55,792 nt of DNA from a virus (lineage: Duplodnaviria; Caudoviricetes), in the IMG/VR virus record IMGVR_UViG_3300011339_000921, positions 1 through 55,792 of that record; one strand, given 5' to 3'. The notes beneath the pieces were generated by a model. That model saw only the letters and a program-made list of their open reading frames with translations. It was not told where the DNA came from and did no database searches. This document shows, one piece after another, positions 1-9,136 of this stretch. The position numbers and the translations under genes are program-made. The stretch's first letter is position 1. Every line of letters starts with the position of its first letter.

Positions 1-328
1 GAAGAGCCTTCGCCTGCAGCGGGAACGACGACTGGTACAGGTTGTCCTTGATCGCCTGACGGGTGATGATGAAGCCGATGCTGGTGTAGCGGTTCACGTA
101 GTTCGTGACGAACCGCTGACCCATTTCACCATAGGCGGTTGAGGCGCCCTCAGCCTTGATCTGGGCCAGACCCAGCAGCTTGACTTCGACTTCGATTTCA
201 ACGGCCTTGTCGGACGTGTGCTTCTCGAAGATCTCCGACCACTGGCCCGGATACATCGGATAGTCGCCGAAAACGGCGGCCAAACCGGGCCGGAGCAGGT
301 CGCGGATTGCGGTGGTATTAATAGCCAT
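1..328 (-). CDS. Major capsid protein (Mu gpT-like family), N-terminal part, truncated by window edge
   Basis: Manual translation MAINTTAIRDLLRPGLAAVFGDY...GFIITRQAIKDNLY; GGGAG RBS upstream; downstream of scaffold and decoration genes. Confidence 0.85.
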   Translation of the reverse strand, partial: MAINTTAIRDLLRPGLAAVFGDYPMYPGQWSEIFEKHTSDKAVEIEVEVKLLGLAQIKAEGASTAYGEMGQRFVTNYVNRYTSIGFIITRQAIKDNLYQSSFPLQAKAL

Positions 329-353
329 TTTTCAAATCTCCCTGCTGGACCGA

Positions 354-950
354 TTAAAGGCCAGTCACCCCACCCTTGTACAGGTGGTTGTTGATGACAA
401 CGAGCCAGTTCGCATAAGCGCCAACAGCGTTACCCGGGGTCGGGTCAAGCTGCAGGATCTTCAGGTTGAGCGTCGAGGTGTCAGCTTCGGTCGCGTTGTT
501 CAGCGACACAGCCGACGTACCCGTCGCCGTTGAACCGGCGGTGTACAGGAAGTTCGCATTCAGGCCGCGGTCGGACAGGGCCAGCGGAGTGCCCGCAGTG
601 CCAGTGCCGCTCGTTTCCTGAATGGTGAACACGGTGTTCGGATCGTCGATCACGAGAGCTTCAACAACCGAGCCGGTGAGAACACCGGGGTTACCCGGCC
701 AGTAGTTCTCGAAACGGACGCGGCCGGTGCTGTCAGTGAACTTGACGCCCCAGAAGACGCCGATGGTGGTTGCACCCGCGACGCCCACGCCAAGCGTGCC
801 ATCGGAGAGAGTGGTGACGGGGTCGCCACGGAAGATCGCAGTCGCATAAGCGTTAGCGATTTGATACGGGTTGGTAGCGCCAGTCCAAGCAGAGCCATCC
901 AGCTTCTTGACGGGGACGAGCCCCTGAGGCGCATTGGTGCCGTAAGCCAT
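354..950 (-). CDS. Putative capsid decoration/minor head protein
   Basis: Start at MAYGTNAPQGLVPV with GGAG RBS; beta-rich Gly/Thr/Ala sequence immediately upstream of the capsid gene. Confidence 0.65.
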   Translation of the reverse strand: MAYGTNAPQGLVPVKKLDGSAWTGATNPYQIANAYATAIFRGDPVTTLSDGTLGVGVAGATTIGVFWGVKFTDSTGRVRFENYWPGNPGVLTGSVVEALVIDDPNTVFTIQETSGTGTAGTPLALSDRGLNANFLYTAGSTATGTSAVSLNNATEADTSTLNLKILQLDPTPGNAVGAYANWLVVINNHLYKGGVTGL

Positions 951-985
951 ACGGTTTCTCCATGCTGAAGTTGAGGGTTGGGTTC

Positions 986-1068
986 TGCCGATACGTAACG
1001 GCAATCGACATTCTATCAGTGGGTACGTGACCACCATCGGGTTGCAGGATACGTGACCTGCGTCGAAT
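986..1068 (-). ncRNA. Structured 5' leader: three tandem stem-loops with conserved UYACGUAY loop
   Basis: GCAGG-UCACGUAU-CCUGC, GUGG-UCACGUAC-CCAC, UGCCG-UUACGUAU-CGGCA, each preceded by YCGAY at the same spacing. Confidence 0.7.
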
Positions 1069-1074
1069 GAGCGT

Positions 1075-1103
1075 AAATTACGCCTACACCGGATAACTGT
1101 CAA
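1075..1103 (-). promoter_or_regulatory. Sigma70-type promoter for the capsid/late operon
   Basis: TTGACA-17 nt-TAATTT. Confidence 0.8.
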
Positions 1104-1111
1104 CAGCACAT

Positions 1112-1145
1112 AAAAAGACCCCCGCCCAGTTTCCCGAGCGGGGGT
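1112..1145 (-). terminator. Intrinsic terminator ending the terminase-portal-scaffold transcript
   Basis: ACCCCCGCUCGG-GAAA-CUGGGCGGGGGU followed by CUUUUU. Confidence 0.85.
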
Positions 1146-1186
1146 AAGTTGCCACAGCGTTGAGAGAACACACTGTGGACCGGAGG

Positions 1187-1666
1187 TTAATCCTTGAAGG
1201 AGGTGACGCGTTCGAACGCCACGCCGCTGTTCTTGTCCTCAAAGCGCGGCAGGTTCGGGTCGTTCTGACCGGTCCATGCCACGTCCTGCAGGGTTTCGAT
1301 GTTTTCCAGATCGCGCTCGCGATTGCGCTCCTCGACTTCGCGAGTCGGGCATTCGCAAAGCATCAGGCCGCCGCGGCGGATGACCATCACTTCGGTGCCC
1401 TCATAGCCCGGAAGCGGAGGCGGAACCATCTCCGGGTGTCGGCCAGCCGGGACAGGCTGCCAGCCGCGGATCATGCGATCGGTCATGTTGTCGGGATCCG
1501 GCTCGTTCAGAGTCGACTCGCGAACCCAAGCGTAGGTCATGCCCGACGGAATTTTATCCTTCGGCACATAGAGCTTGGATTGGAAGTGCGTTTCGGGGCG
1601 CTTGCGCTGCCCGGCTTCACGAGTTTCGGCAGCACGCGTAGTGCTAATGCGAGAAGAACGAGCCAT
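1187..1666 (-). CDS. Head-module hypothetical protein
   Basis: 159-aa ORF with GGAG RBS, between scaffold and capsid genes; YAWVR..GWQPV motif. Confidence 0.7.
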   Translation of the reverse strand: MARSSRISTTRAAETREAGQRKRPETHFQSKLYVPKDKIPSGMTYAWVRESTLNEPDPDNMTDRMIRGWQPVPAGRHPEMVPPPLPGYEGTEVMVIRRGGLMLCECPTREVEERNRERDLENIETLQDVAWTGQNDPNLPRFEDKNSGVAFERVTSFKD

Positions 1667-1668
1667 TG

Positions 1669-2706
1669 TTACGCTCCCTTTCCTGTTTTCATCATGTGAA
1701 TGGCGTAGTATTTTTCAGCTTCCAAGTCGGTCATGCGAGTGCCGTTCGGATTCTTGAACGCGCCTGACTGGCCCATCTGATGCGCCATGCGACGCTGATC
1801 AGCACTCAGGCGAATGCTGGTCGACTTCTTCACCGGCTGCCCCGGAGCGGTACGTTGAACAGGCGCAGCAGTTGAATCACGGCTCATTGGAGGTGCCTTC
1901 TTGGATGGAGTTGACTGTGCCGCGAACGCGTCAGGAAACTCCCGGCGCATATGGCGATCGATCTCCGTGAAGTAGTCGAGGCTGCCAATCTCTTCATCAC
2001 GGCCCTCAGCGCGGAAGCGGCGCTCTACGCGGCGTGCGTAGAGGGTGGCCTCTTCGTGCATCTCAGGATCGAAGTCCTCAGATTTGGGCTGGAACCATGT
2101 GTTCTTCTGGATCCAACCTGCCGTGCGAGGCTCCAACGTCACCTGCTGGCGCTGCGATTCCGCTGGCGCCGCCGGCTGAGCAGGGCGAGCCGCCCTGTTC
2201 TGCTGCTCACGCTCCCAGTTGGTGACCGCTTCAAGGTCGTTCATCGTCTTGTTGAACTGGTACTGAAGATCGTCAATCTTCTCGTTGTCCATCATGGAAC
2301 GAGCTTCGGCGAGCTTCTGCTTCAGGTCCATCGCGGTGACGCTCAGGTTGTTCCTGTAGTGCGTCATCATCGCCTGCTCGGACTGCTCGCGAAGCTGAGC
2401 CTCCTTCTGCAGGCGAGACTCCGCTTCCTGAGCGCGCCGCTCCGCATCGGCCGCCTTGCGGGCAAGCTCGGAAATGCGCTTTTCAGGCGAGCGGCGACGC
2501 TTGGGCGCCTCCTCTTCCTCAGGCTCTTCTTCCTGTTCGGAAGACGCCTCAGGCTCCTCAGGCTGACCTTCCTCAAGCTCGCCTTCCTGCTGCTCGTAGT
2601 CTTCAAGGCTCTCGCCAAGATCGTCTTCCGTGATCTCGATCTCGACGTCCTCAGTGGGGCCGTCGTCGGTATACGGAAGTTCCTGCGATTCTGGATCAAT
2701 AGACAT
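1669..2706 (-). CDS. Putative capsid scaffolding protein
   Basis: Acidic disordered N-terminus, coiled-coil centre, basic C-terminus; GAGGAG RBS before ATG 2706. Confidence 0.7.
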   Translation of the reverse strand: MSIDPESQELPYTDDGPTEDVEIEITEDDLGESLEDYEQQEGELEEGQPEEPEASSEQEEEPEEEEAPKRRRSPEKRISELARKAADAERRAQEAESRLQKEAQLREQSEQAMMTHYRNNLSVTAMDLKQKLAEARSMMDNEKIDDLQYQFNKTMNDLEAVTNWEREQQNRAARPAQPAAPAESQRQQVTLEPRTAGWIQKNTWFQPKSEDFDPEMHEEATLYARRVERRFRAEGRDEEIGSLDYFTEIDRHMRREFPDAFAAQSTPSKKAPPMSRDSTAAPVQRTAPGQPVKKSTSIRLSADQRRMAHQMGQSGAFKNPNGTRMTDLEAEKYYAIHMMKTGKGA

Positions 2707-2716
2707 GCTTAGCTCC

Positions 2717-3175
2717 TCAGAAGTTTCCAGCAAACTTGCCTGACATCACGTCTTCCGGACCGCTGATCACGGCCATCACGCGGTCGTCGGGCAGCAGCGC
2801 CATCGCAACGCCTCGATACGACACCATCGTGGATTCATAGCGCGGGATCAGGATCCAATCGCCGACCTTGCACCAAGGACCGGAACGATCGAACTTTTCG
2901 CCCTGATAGGCTTCGGGCCCGACGGCACACACCAGCGCCGACACCGAACTGTACTTGTCCTCGGCGCGAACGGTGTCCGGCAGGTACAGCGTGACTTCCG
3001 TCCCGTCGTCCTGCTTAATCGTCTTAAGCTCTTCCGGGCGAACGTAAATTTTCACGGCCACGAGATAGCCCGCCGGCTGCATGTCGAACGGCCGCCCCGT
3101 GATGAACGTGAACTCGTCGTCGATCAGCTTCTTGGCCAGAGCCTCTTCATGTGGCTCGATCTTACTCATACTCAT
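2717..3175 (-). CDS. groES: GroES/Cpn10-like co-chaperonin
   Basis: QPAGYLVAV...VCAVGP...CKVGDWILIPRY...DDRVMAVI matches the Cpn10 pattern. Confidence 0.85.
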   Translation of the reverse strand: MSMSKIEPHEEALAKKLIDDEFTFITGRPFDMQPAGYLVAVKIYVRPEELKTIKQDDGTEVTLYLPDTVRAEDKYSSVSALVCAVGPEAYQGEKFDRSGPWCKVGDWILIPRYESTMVSYRGVAMALLPDDRVMAVISGPEDVMSGKFAGNF

Positions 3176-3456
3176 CAGTACATACTCCCTTTTCTGGTCT
3201 CCGGTTTTTTATCGTCGTCTGGCTGCAGCATGCGCTTGTACTCGTCGTTGATGACGCTAATCGCAGCCGTATAAGCGCGCACCAACGCATTACCCTCCAG
3301 AACCTGAAGGGCAATCTCTTCTGCCGTCAGCGCAGGGATGTGCTTCTCCCCGAAGGTTGACGGCCTAAAACGGACATTAAGACTGTATTCGGTCGCGCGA
3401 TCGCGCAGTTCGCCTATGCGTTCAACCACGCGGCGACCGAGTTCCTCGGCTGACAT
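3175..3456 (-). CDS. Hypothetical protein
   Basis: 93-aa ORF coupled to groES, GAGAG RBS. Confidence 0.65.
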   Translation of the reverse strand: MSAEELGRRVVERIGELRDRATEYSLNVRFRPSTFGEKHIPALTAEEIALQVLEGNALVRAYTAAISVINDEYKRMLQPDDDKKPETRKGSMY

Positions 3457-3604
3457 TCACTCTCTCCGGTAGCTTTTTGTAATTCTTGGTCGCAGCGATA
3501 TAGTCTTTGCCAATCTTCTGCGGAATTCTCACGGCCTTCGCAAAGGCAGGGTTGTGCGCGGCTGCACTCATCAAGCGATACTGACGCTTTGATCTTGCTG
3601 GCAC
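3422..3604 (-). CDS. Small basic phage protein
   Basis: MPARSKRQYRLMSAAAHNPAFAK, a type of small basic protein common in head modules; GTG start after GAGGGG. Confidence 0.6.
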   Translation of the reverse strand: MPARSKRQYRLMSAAAHNPAFAKAVRIPQKIGKDYIAATKNYKKLPERVNVSRGTRSPRG

Positions 3605-3618
3605 AGCCGCGCCCCCTC

Positions 3619-5259
3619 TTACTTGCAGCGCATTTTATTCATGGCGTGGGTGATGTTGCCTTCCGGCGTCATCATGCCCTTGCGCACCTTCGCAGCGCCG
3701 CCCTGAGCCTTCTTGATCGGCGCCTGACCCTTGCGCGTCTTGCCAGCGCCGCCAGCCGCGTAGCCCATCGGCTCGCCACCCATAGCCATATCGCGCGTCA
3801 CCTTCGACGCCTCCATGTCCGCTGAGCGCGCAGCCATCGGGCCACCGTTCATCTTCTTGGTGGGCTTCGCCTTGCCGATAGCGATCATGACAGCCAGACC
3901 GTCTTTTGGCTTGGCATCCTTGACCTTGCCGCCCTTGGCGTACTCAGCCCCGGACAAGAAGGAGGCGATCTTGGCCAAGCGAGGGCGGCCCTCTTTCTTG
4001 TACCTATCAACCAGTTCCTGATTGGATTTTTTGTTGGCGGCGCGTTCCCTGTCGAGGACGTTAGCGTACTCGCTGCCAATCTCAGTGTTTCGCAAGCCAA
4101 CACGCGGCGGATTAGGAGGCGGGTTAGACCGAGCGGGCCTTGACGCATCAGCGCCCTTGTCGTTCTCACTCATGAAATTGCGGATCTCAGAGTCCGACAT
4201 GCCTTGGTTAGGCGTGGCAGCCGGGGCAGCGGCGCGAGCCGGTTTAGCCTTTGGCGTTTCGCCCTTCAACTGGGTGCCGTAGCTGCCACCATTCCACGAA
4301 AACGTCTTGTCACCACGCTTCCGCGCTGCAGCAAATGCCTCGCCGAACGACTGCTTCTTCGGAGCGGTTTCCTCGGATTCACGACGGCGCGTGGCCGCGA
4401 GATTGCGGGCCTCCATCACTTTCGTTTCCAGATCAGCCTTCGGCAGCGACATTTTAGGCCGGGACATTTCCTCCAGACCCTTCATGTCGATGTCGACCTG
4501 CTTGACCTTGCCACCCTTCTTGTAGCCGCCCATCTCGGTGGCCAGCTTGCGCGCGGTGTCCGATGACGTCTGGACCTTGCCGCCGTTTTTGAACTGTCGC
4601 GAGTAACCCACGCCAACCGCGCCGCGGCGACCAATGCCGGCGGTCATGCGGCCATCGCCAACGTCAACTGTCGGGCCAGTGTAGCCAGCCGTGCGAGCAA
4701 TCGGCATGCGACCGCGCGGGGCCGGAGCCGGCTCTTCCATCATCGGCGCCGCGCCGCGGCCACCGCCACCGGACGACGGGGCCGGCGGGCCCATGCGGCC
4801 ACCGGTCGTGCCCTGCATGCGGTTCAGATCAACGTCGATGTTCTGCGGGCGACGGCCCTCGACGGTGATTTCTTCAGCCATGCCGCCATCGGCGTACTTG
4901 CCCGCCTTGCCGCCCTTCTTCATCGGCATGCGGCGCATCTCTTCAGCCTCTTGGCGAGACATGCGGTTCCCAGAAGCAGCGCTGGCAGCCGGCGACGGCA
5001 TCGCGCTTTTCTTCTTCTTTTCCATCATGTCCATGAACCGCATCTCGTCGCCTTCCTGCTTCGACATGCGATTCCCAGAAGCAGCACTGGCGGCCGGCGT
5101 GGGCTTCTTCACCGGGCCGCCGACCTTATAGGTCGGGATCGGGCGAGCGTTCGCGCGCTGCTGCAGCGCCTTCGCGCCGTTCGGCTGATTCGGCATGGGC
5201 TCAGCAAACGCCGGGCCGAAAATCGCGCGAGCCTTGGCCCGCAGGTCAGTGTTCTTCAT
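3619..5259 (-). CDS. Basic low-complexity putative internal head protein with repeated xxGG motifs
   Basis: 546 aa, Lys/Met/Gly-rich, about 10 [YFM]xxGG-like motifs; directly after portal with GGAGG RBS. Confidence 0.65.
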   Translation of the reverse strand: MKNTDLRAKARAIFGPAFAEPMPNQPNGAKALQQRANARPIPTYKVGGPVKKPTPAASAASGNRMSKQEGDEMRFMDMMEKKKKSAMPSPAASAASGNRMSRQEAEEMRRMPMKKGGKAGKYADGGMAEEITVEGRRPQNIDVDLNRMQGTTGGRMGPPAPSSGGGGRGAAPMMEEPAPAPRGRMPIARTAGYTGPTVDVGDGRMTAGIGRRGAVGVGYSRQFKNGGKVQTSSDTARKLATEMGGYKKGGKVKQVDIDMKGLEEMSRPKMSLPKADLETKVMEARNLAATRRRESEETAPKKQSFGEAFAAARKRGDKTFSWNGGSYGTQLKGETPKAKPARAAAPAATPNQGMSDSEIRNFMSENDKGADASRPARSNPPPNPPRVGLRNTEIGSEYANVLDRERAANKKSNQELVDRYKKEGRPRLAKIASFLSGAEYAKGGKVKDAKPKDGLAVMIAIGKAKPTKKMNGGPMAARSADMEASKVTRDMAMGGEPMGYAAGGAGKTRKGQAPIKKAQGGAAKVRKGMMTPEGNITHAMNKMRCK

Positions 5260-7604
5260 TGAAAACCTCCAAGGTTCCGCACAGCCTCTGACTGCAGCTT
5301 CATTGCCGCAATCTTCTCTCTCGATGCGCGGTTCGCCGCGTCAGTCTGAGCTTCCATCTGGGCCTTCGCAAGCTCCACCTGAGCATCGCGCTCGTTATCG
5401 GCCTGTTTGATCTGCAGCTTCTGCATCTCGACCTGAGCCATCTGGTCGACCTCAGGCTGCGGCTTATACATCGGCGCCAACTGCTGCATGGCCTGAGCCA
5501 CCATGACGGCCAACTGGTTCTCAATCTCCGGAGGCAGCGGCTGGCCCGGAGGCGGCAGCGGCTGACCCACGATCTGCTCGACCTGCTGACGCATCTTCAG
5601 CGCCAAGTGTTCGTTGATGTGCGCCTGCAAGATCGGGTTGTCCTGTGCAATCGGCGCATGCGCCGCGATGTGCGCGTCGTGATCCTGATACGCGCCCGCT
5701 ATCACCGGCACGCCCACAATCGCGTTCTGGTTCTCCGTCAGCGGATCCAGCGGACGCGGCTTCTCCTTCTCCGGCGCCAGCAGCAATTCAATCTTCTCGT
5801 CCGGGACACCCATCTCGACATACATCTGCCGATACGCTTCCCGCAGATTGTGCTGGTCCGGCTGCTGCGTCGCGAACCGCAGTAATGCCTCGGCCCGCAT
5901 CATCCGCTGGGCCGACGATGAAATGTTCGGATCCGAAACCGGGATCACGTCGATGTTGTTCGCGAAGTCCTCGCGCATGATCGCCGCCATGCCGCCGCGG
6001 ACCGGGAACGGATACGGCTCGTCCGGCAGGTACTTCCCAAACAGATTCGCGATCAGCTTCAGTTCGCGGCTGAACGCCCGGTGGCAACGCTTCAACGTCG
6101 CCGACTGCAGCCGGGTCGCCGCCTCCATCAACGCCACCGTCGTGCCCACAGGCGCGTCCTGACGGCCCTCGCCGACAGCGATCTCAGCCGTGTTTGCCAG
6201 ATTCCGCGCGCCTTCGTAGGTTTCCTTCAGCAGCGCCAGCGAGACCTGCGACGGCTCCTTGTACGGCATCGTCATGATCGCGTTCTGGATCGGTAAGCCG
6301 CCCGTATCGATCTCGCGAAACTCCGTCGGGCCGATCCCGATGTTGTTATCCTCCAGCCGCATGCCCTTCACGCGCAGGCCGCCCGGGAAGTTATTCAGCG
6401 TCCCCGCATCGATCAACTGGCGGCGGATCGACGTGGCCGTCTTCGCCGAATTCCCCAGCAAGTGCGCGTAACCCAGACCGTAGAACCCCACCCCCGGCAT
6501 AAATTTATAGTGCGTAAACATATCTTTACGCTGATACGTCGGATCCGTCTCGTCGTAGTTCCGATAAACCGACAGGACCTTCCGGGTCCCCTCTTCGATC
6601 GTCACAACATACGGCAGCGGGATGCCGTCGTCGTTCTCATACCCCACGAGGTTCAAATCCGCGTACACCTCGTAGATCCGGTACTCTTCCGTGCCCTCAG
6701 CACCCGGTTCCACACCCTGAACGCCGTCCACTTCCGCCTGAATCGGCGTCTGCGAGCTATCATCCGCCTGCGGATCGCCCAGATCGATGTCCCGATACAC
6801 GCCCGCCAACTGCGCCAACCGGAAATTCCGGCGCGTCATCGGCGTTATGTGGCAGAACCGCGGCGATGTCGCCAAATCCGACGTGCCATACGACACCACG
6901 AAGTTATCCGGCAGCACGAAACGGCTCACCGGACGCCCCAACAGCCGATCCTGATACGTCTTCTTAAACGTCGAGCCCACCAGCGGCAGCCAGAACAGCA
7001 TCTGGTCGAATTCTTCGTAGAATTCCGGCGCCAGTTCCGTCAGGTACAGGTTCATGAACTGCTGAACGCGCGACGCCTGTGCATCCAACTGCTCGTTCGC
7101 GACCCCAATCACCTGCGTTTTCACTGGCCCCGACGCCGGCAGCAGTTCACCCGCGGCCACAGCCTGCCAGCGCACCACCGCTTCCGCCATCAGCGGGTCA
7201 TAGACGCCGCACGCACCCTTGAACGGCATCGTGCGCTCTTCAATCTTCAGGCCCATCAGCTTGATGCCCTCAGACATCGTCGCTTCCCAGTCCCCGCGCG
7301 ACTGCTTGTCCTCCTCAACACCACTCAGCAGCGTCTCGCCGAGCGTGTTCAGGTCCATGTCTTTCATGTACAGCGCCAGATTCGCGTCGAACGGCGCAAT
7401 TTCCGGCAGATCGCTCTCAGGCTCGAAATCAATCTCGACCCCGCCGTCGTCCAACTCCGTGAACTCGGCGCCGTCCAGCATCGCCGGGCCCGCATCGTCG
7501 ATCTCAATATCGGCCGCGTCCAACGGCAAATCCACATCCACGCCGCCGATCCCCTCGAACGCAGGGCGGAGCGTATCTTCCAGCGTGGTCGGTCTGCGTG
7601 CCAT
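5256..7604 (-). CDS. Portal protein
   Basis: Size, position after terL, helical composition, GFYGLG motif, Gln-rich C-terminal coiled coil. Confidence 0.85.
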   Translation of the reverse strand: MARRPTTLEDTLRPAFEGIGGVDVDLPLDAADIEIDDAGPAMLDGAEFTELDDGGVEIDFEPESDLPEIAPFDANLALYMKDMDLNTLGETLLSGVEEDKQSRGDWEATMSEGIKLMGLKIEERTMPFKGACGVYDPLMAEAVVRWQAVAAGELLPASGPVKTQVIGVANEQLDAQASRVQQFMNLYLTELAPEFYEEFDQMLFWLPLVGSTFKKTYQDRLLGRPVSRFVLPDNFVVSYGTSDLATSPRFCHITPMTRRNFRLAQLAGVYRDIDLGDPQADDSSQTPIQAEVDGVQGVEPGAEGTEEYRIYEVYADLNLVGYENDDGIPLPYVVTIEEGTRKVLSVYRNYDETDPTYQRKDMFTHYKFMPGVGFYGLGYAHLLGNSAKTATSIRRQLIDAGTLNNFPGGLRVKGMRLEDNNIGIGPTEFREIDTGGLPIQNAIMTMPYKEPSQVSLALLKETYEGARNLANTAEIAVGEGRQDAPVGTTVALMEAATRLQSATLKRCHRAFSRELKLIANLFGKYLPDEPYPFPVRGGMAAIMREDFANNIDVIPVSDPNISSSAQRMMRAEALLRFATQQPDQHNLREAYRQMYVEMGVPDEKIELLLAPEKEKPRPLDPLTENQNAIVGVPVIAGAYQDHDAHIAAHAPIAQDNPILQAHINEHLALKMRQQVEQIVGQPLPPPGQPLPPEIENQLAVMVAQAMQQLAPMYKPQPEVDQMAQVEMQKLQIKQADNERDAQVELAKAQMEAQTDAANRASREKIAAMKLQSEAVRNLGGFQ

Positions 7605-7612
7605 GTCTATCC

Positions 7613-9136
7613 TTACCAATAAAACTCAACACGCTCAAGCGGCGTGTCGTACTTCGCTTCATACGGATCTTCCGTATTCTGCACCCAGCCCGACTGCTTG
7701 ATCCGCAAAAACGCCATCGTCATCGTGTCGACCCAGTCCCGCGAATCCGCCGCAGGAAACTGCACGCACTGCTCCATGAAATCCCGGGCCCACGGCCGCA
7801 ACTGATCATAGCTCGGCTTCATCGCCGGCAGCCATATCCGGCCGTTCTCAATCAGATCCGTCACCAGCCGCACACGCGCAACCTTATCCCCAAACTTATC
7901 CGGGTTAAACGGCGTCGCCACGATCCCCGCACGACCCAGATCCTGTATCAGCATCTGCCCGTTCGCCTTCGCCTCCACCAGCACCGTGTCCGGCGCCCGC
8001 TCCCGCGATGGCTTGATCGGCAGCTTGTAATTGTCGTCCCGGTAATCCGTCGCCATCCGCTGAACCATCCGCCGCAACACCGGCCACTCCGCCCGCTCCC
8101 GCCACGCGCTCAGCAAAATCAGATTCGGAATCCCGTTCTCATCGTCGAACACACCCCACGTCGTCGACGCACTGTACGCCGACGTTTTATTCGCCGTCAG
8201 CGCCGTGTCCCACGCCTGCAGCACATACTTCACATTCGGCGGCTCCGGCGATCGCCACCACTTAAACCACGTCTGATCGATGATTCCACCGCTGTCGACG
8301 ACTGGGTTTTGCTGCCATAGCGATGCCCAGACGCGACTCGTGGTCGCCGGGTTCTTACGGACCCGCTCAAGCTCATCAATTGGAAACGGCTCAGGCCACA
8401 ACGCCTCGCCCGGCTTTCGCCCAATCGCATCATCTTCCCCAGCAATTGCCGGCAGAATTACGCGCTCCCACTTTTCGCCATTGCCATCGCGCTCTGCTTG
8501 ATCCAGCCGCCCCATAAGGTCGCCGAGATGCCAACGTGTGGCTATCAGGATAATAGGCGTGTTTAAGTTCTTCCGCCGAGTGAACATGTCTGCCGCCCAC
8601 CACGCCCACAGCTTGTCACGCTCCCGGTCGCTCTCAGCAGCCTCAATCCCGGAAAGCAAGTCATCACCGATCAGAATATCGCCGCGCCGGCCCGTCACGT
8701 TGGCGCCAGTCGCTGTTGCATGATAGCCGCCGCCTGCCGTCGTCTGCCACTCCCCCGCCGCCGTCTTGTCCCCCGAAACCCGCGAATCCGGGAAGATCCT
8801 CGCGTGCTCATCCGACATGATTGTATTGCGAACCTTACGACCAAAGCTGTCCGACAACTCCTGCTTGTGGGTGGCCGCGATGATCTGCTTCTCAGGGTAT
8901 TTCGCCAGATAATAGGCTGGGAAATAGTGCGATGCGCAATAACTTTTCCCGTGACCGGGAGGCATTGAAATCATTAACCTTTTAATTTCCCCGCGCGCCA
9001 CGGCGTCCAGCTTGTCGCACACGTATTTCATGTGCTTCGGAACCTTCATACCCGAACAATACTCAATGTACTTCTCTAAGGAGACCATCGCCTCCTCACG
9101 GCGCAACAGTTCCTCCAGCAGAGCCTGCTTATCCAT
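7613..9136 (-). CDS. terL: Terminase large subunit
   Basis: Walker A MPPGHGKS, LIGDD Walker B, ATRWH, nuclease AWDTA and DWVD motifs; start MDKQ at 9136 overlaps the HNH stop. Confidence 0.95.
   Translation of the reverse strand: MDKQALLEELLRREEAMVSLEKYIEYCSGMKVPKHMKYVCDKLDAVARGEIKRLMISMPPGHGKSYCASHYFPAYYLAKYPEKQIIAATHKQELSDSFGRKVRNTIMSDEHARIFPDSRVSGDKTAAGEWQTTAGGGYHATATGANVTGRRGDILIGDDLLSGIEAAESDRERDKLWAWWAADMFTRRKNLNTPIILIATRWHLGDLMGRLDQAERDGNGEKWERVILPAIAGEDDAIGRKPGEALWPEPFPIDELERVRKNPATTSRVWASLWQQNPVVDSGGIIDQTWFKWWRSPEPPNVKYVLQAWDTALTANKTSAYSASTTWGVFDDENGIPNLILLSAWRERAEWPVLRRMVQRMATDYRDDNYKLPIKPSRERAPDTVLVEAKANGQMLIQDLGRAGIVATPFNPDKFGDKVARVRLVTDLIENGRIWLPAMKPSYDQLRPWARDFMEQCVQFPAADSRDWVDTMTMAFLRIKQSGWVQNTEDPYEAKYDTPLERVEFYW

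Noticed and set aside
986-1066. Mini-CRISPR or tRNA fragments
   Set aside because: Conserved parts are only 8+4 nt, there is no cloverleaf, and the variable parts are paired stems rather than spacers
951-1109. 53-aa N-terminal extension of the 354..1109 ORF
   Set aside because: Overlaps the promoter and structured leader; a good SD precedes ATG 950
6462-7622. Long antisense ORFs (e.g. 6462-7622, 20085-21542, 41215-42177)
   Set aside because: Shadow frames of well-supported GC-rich genes, with no recognisable motifs
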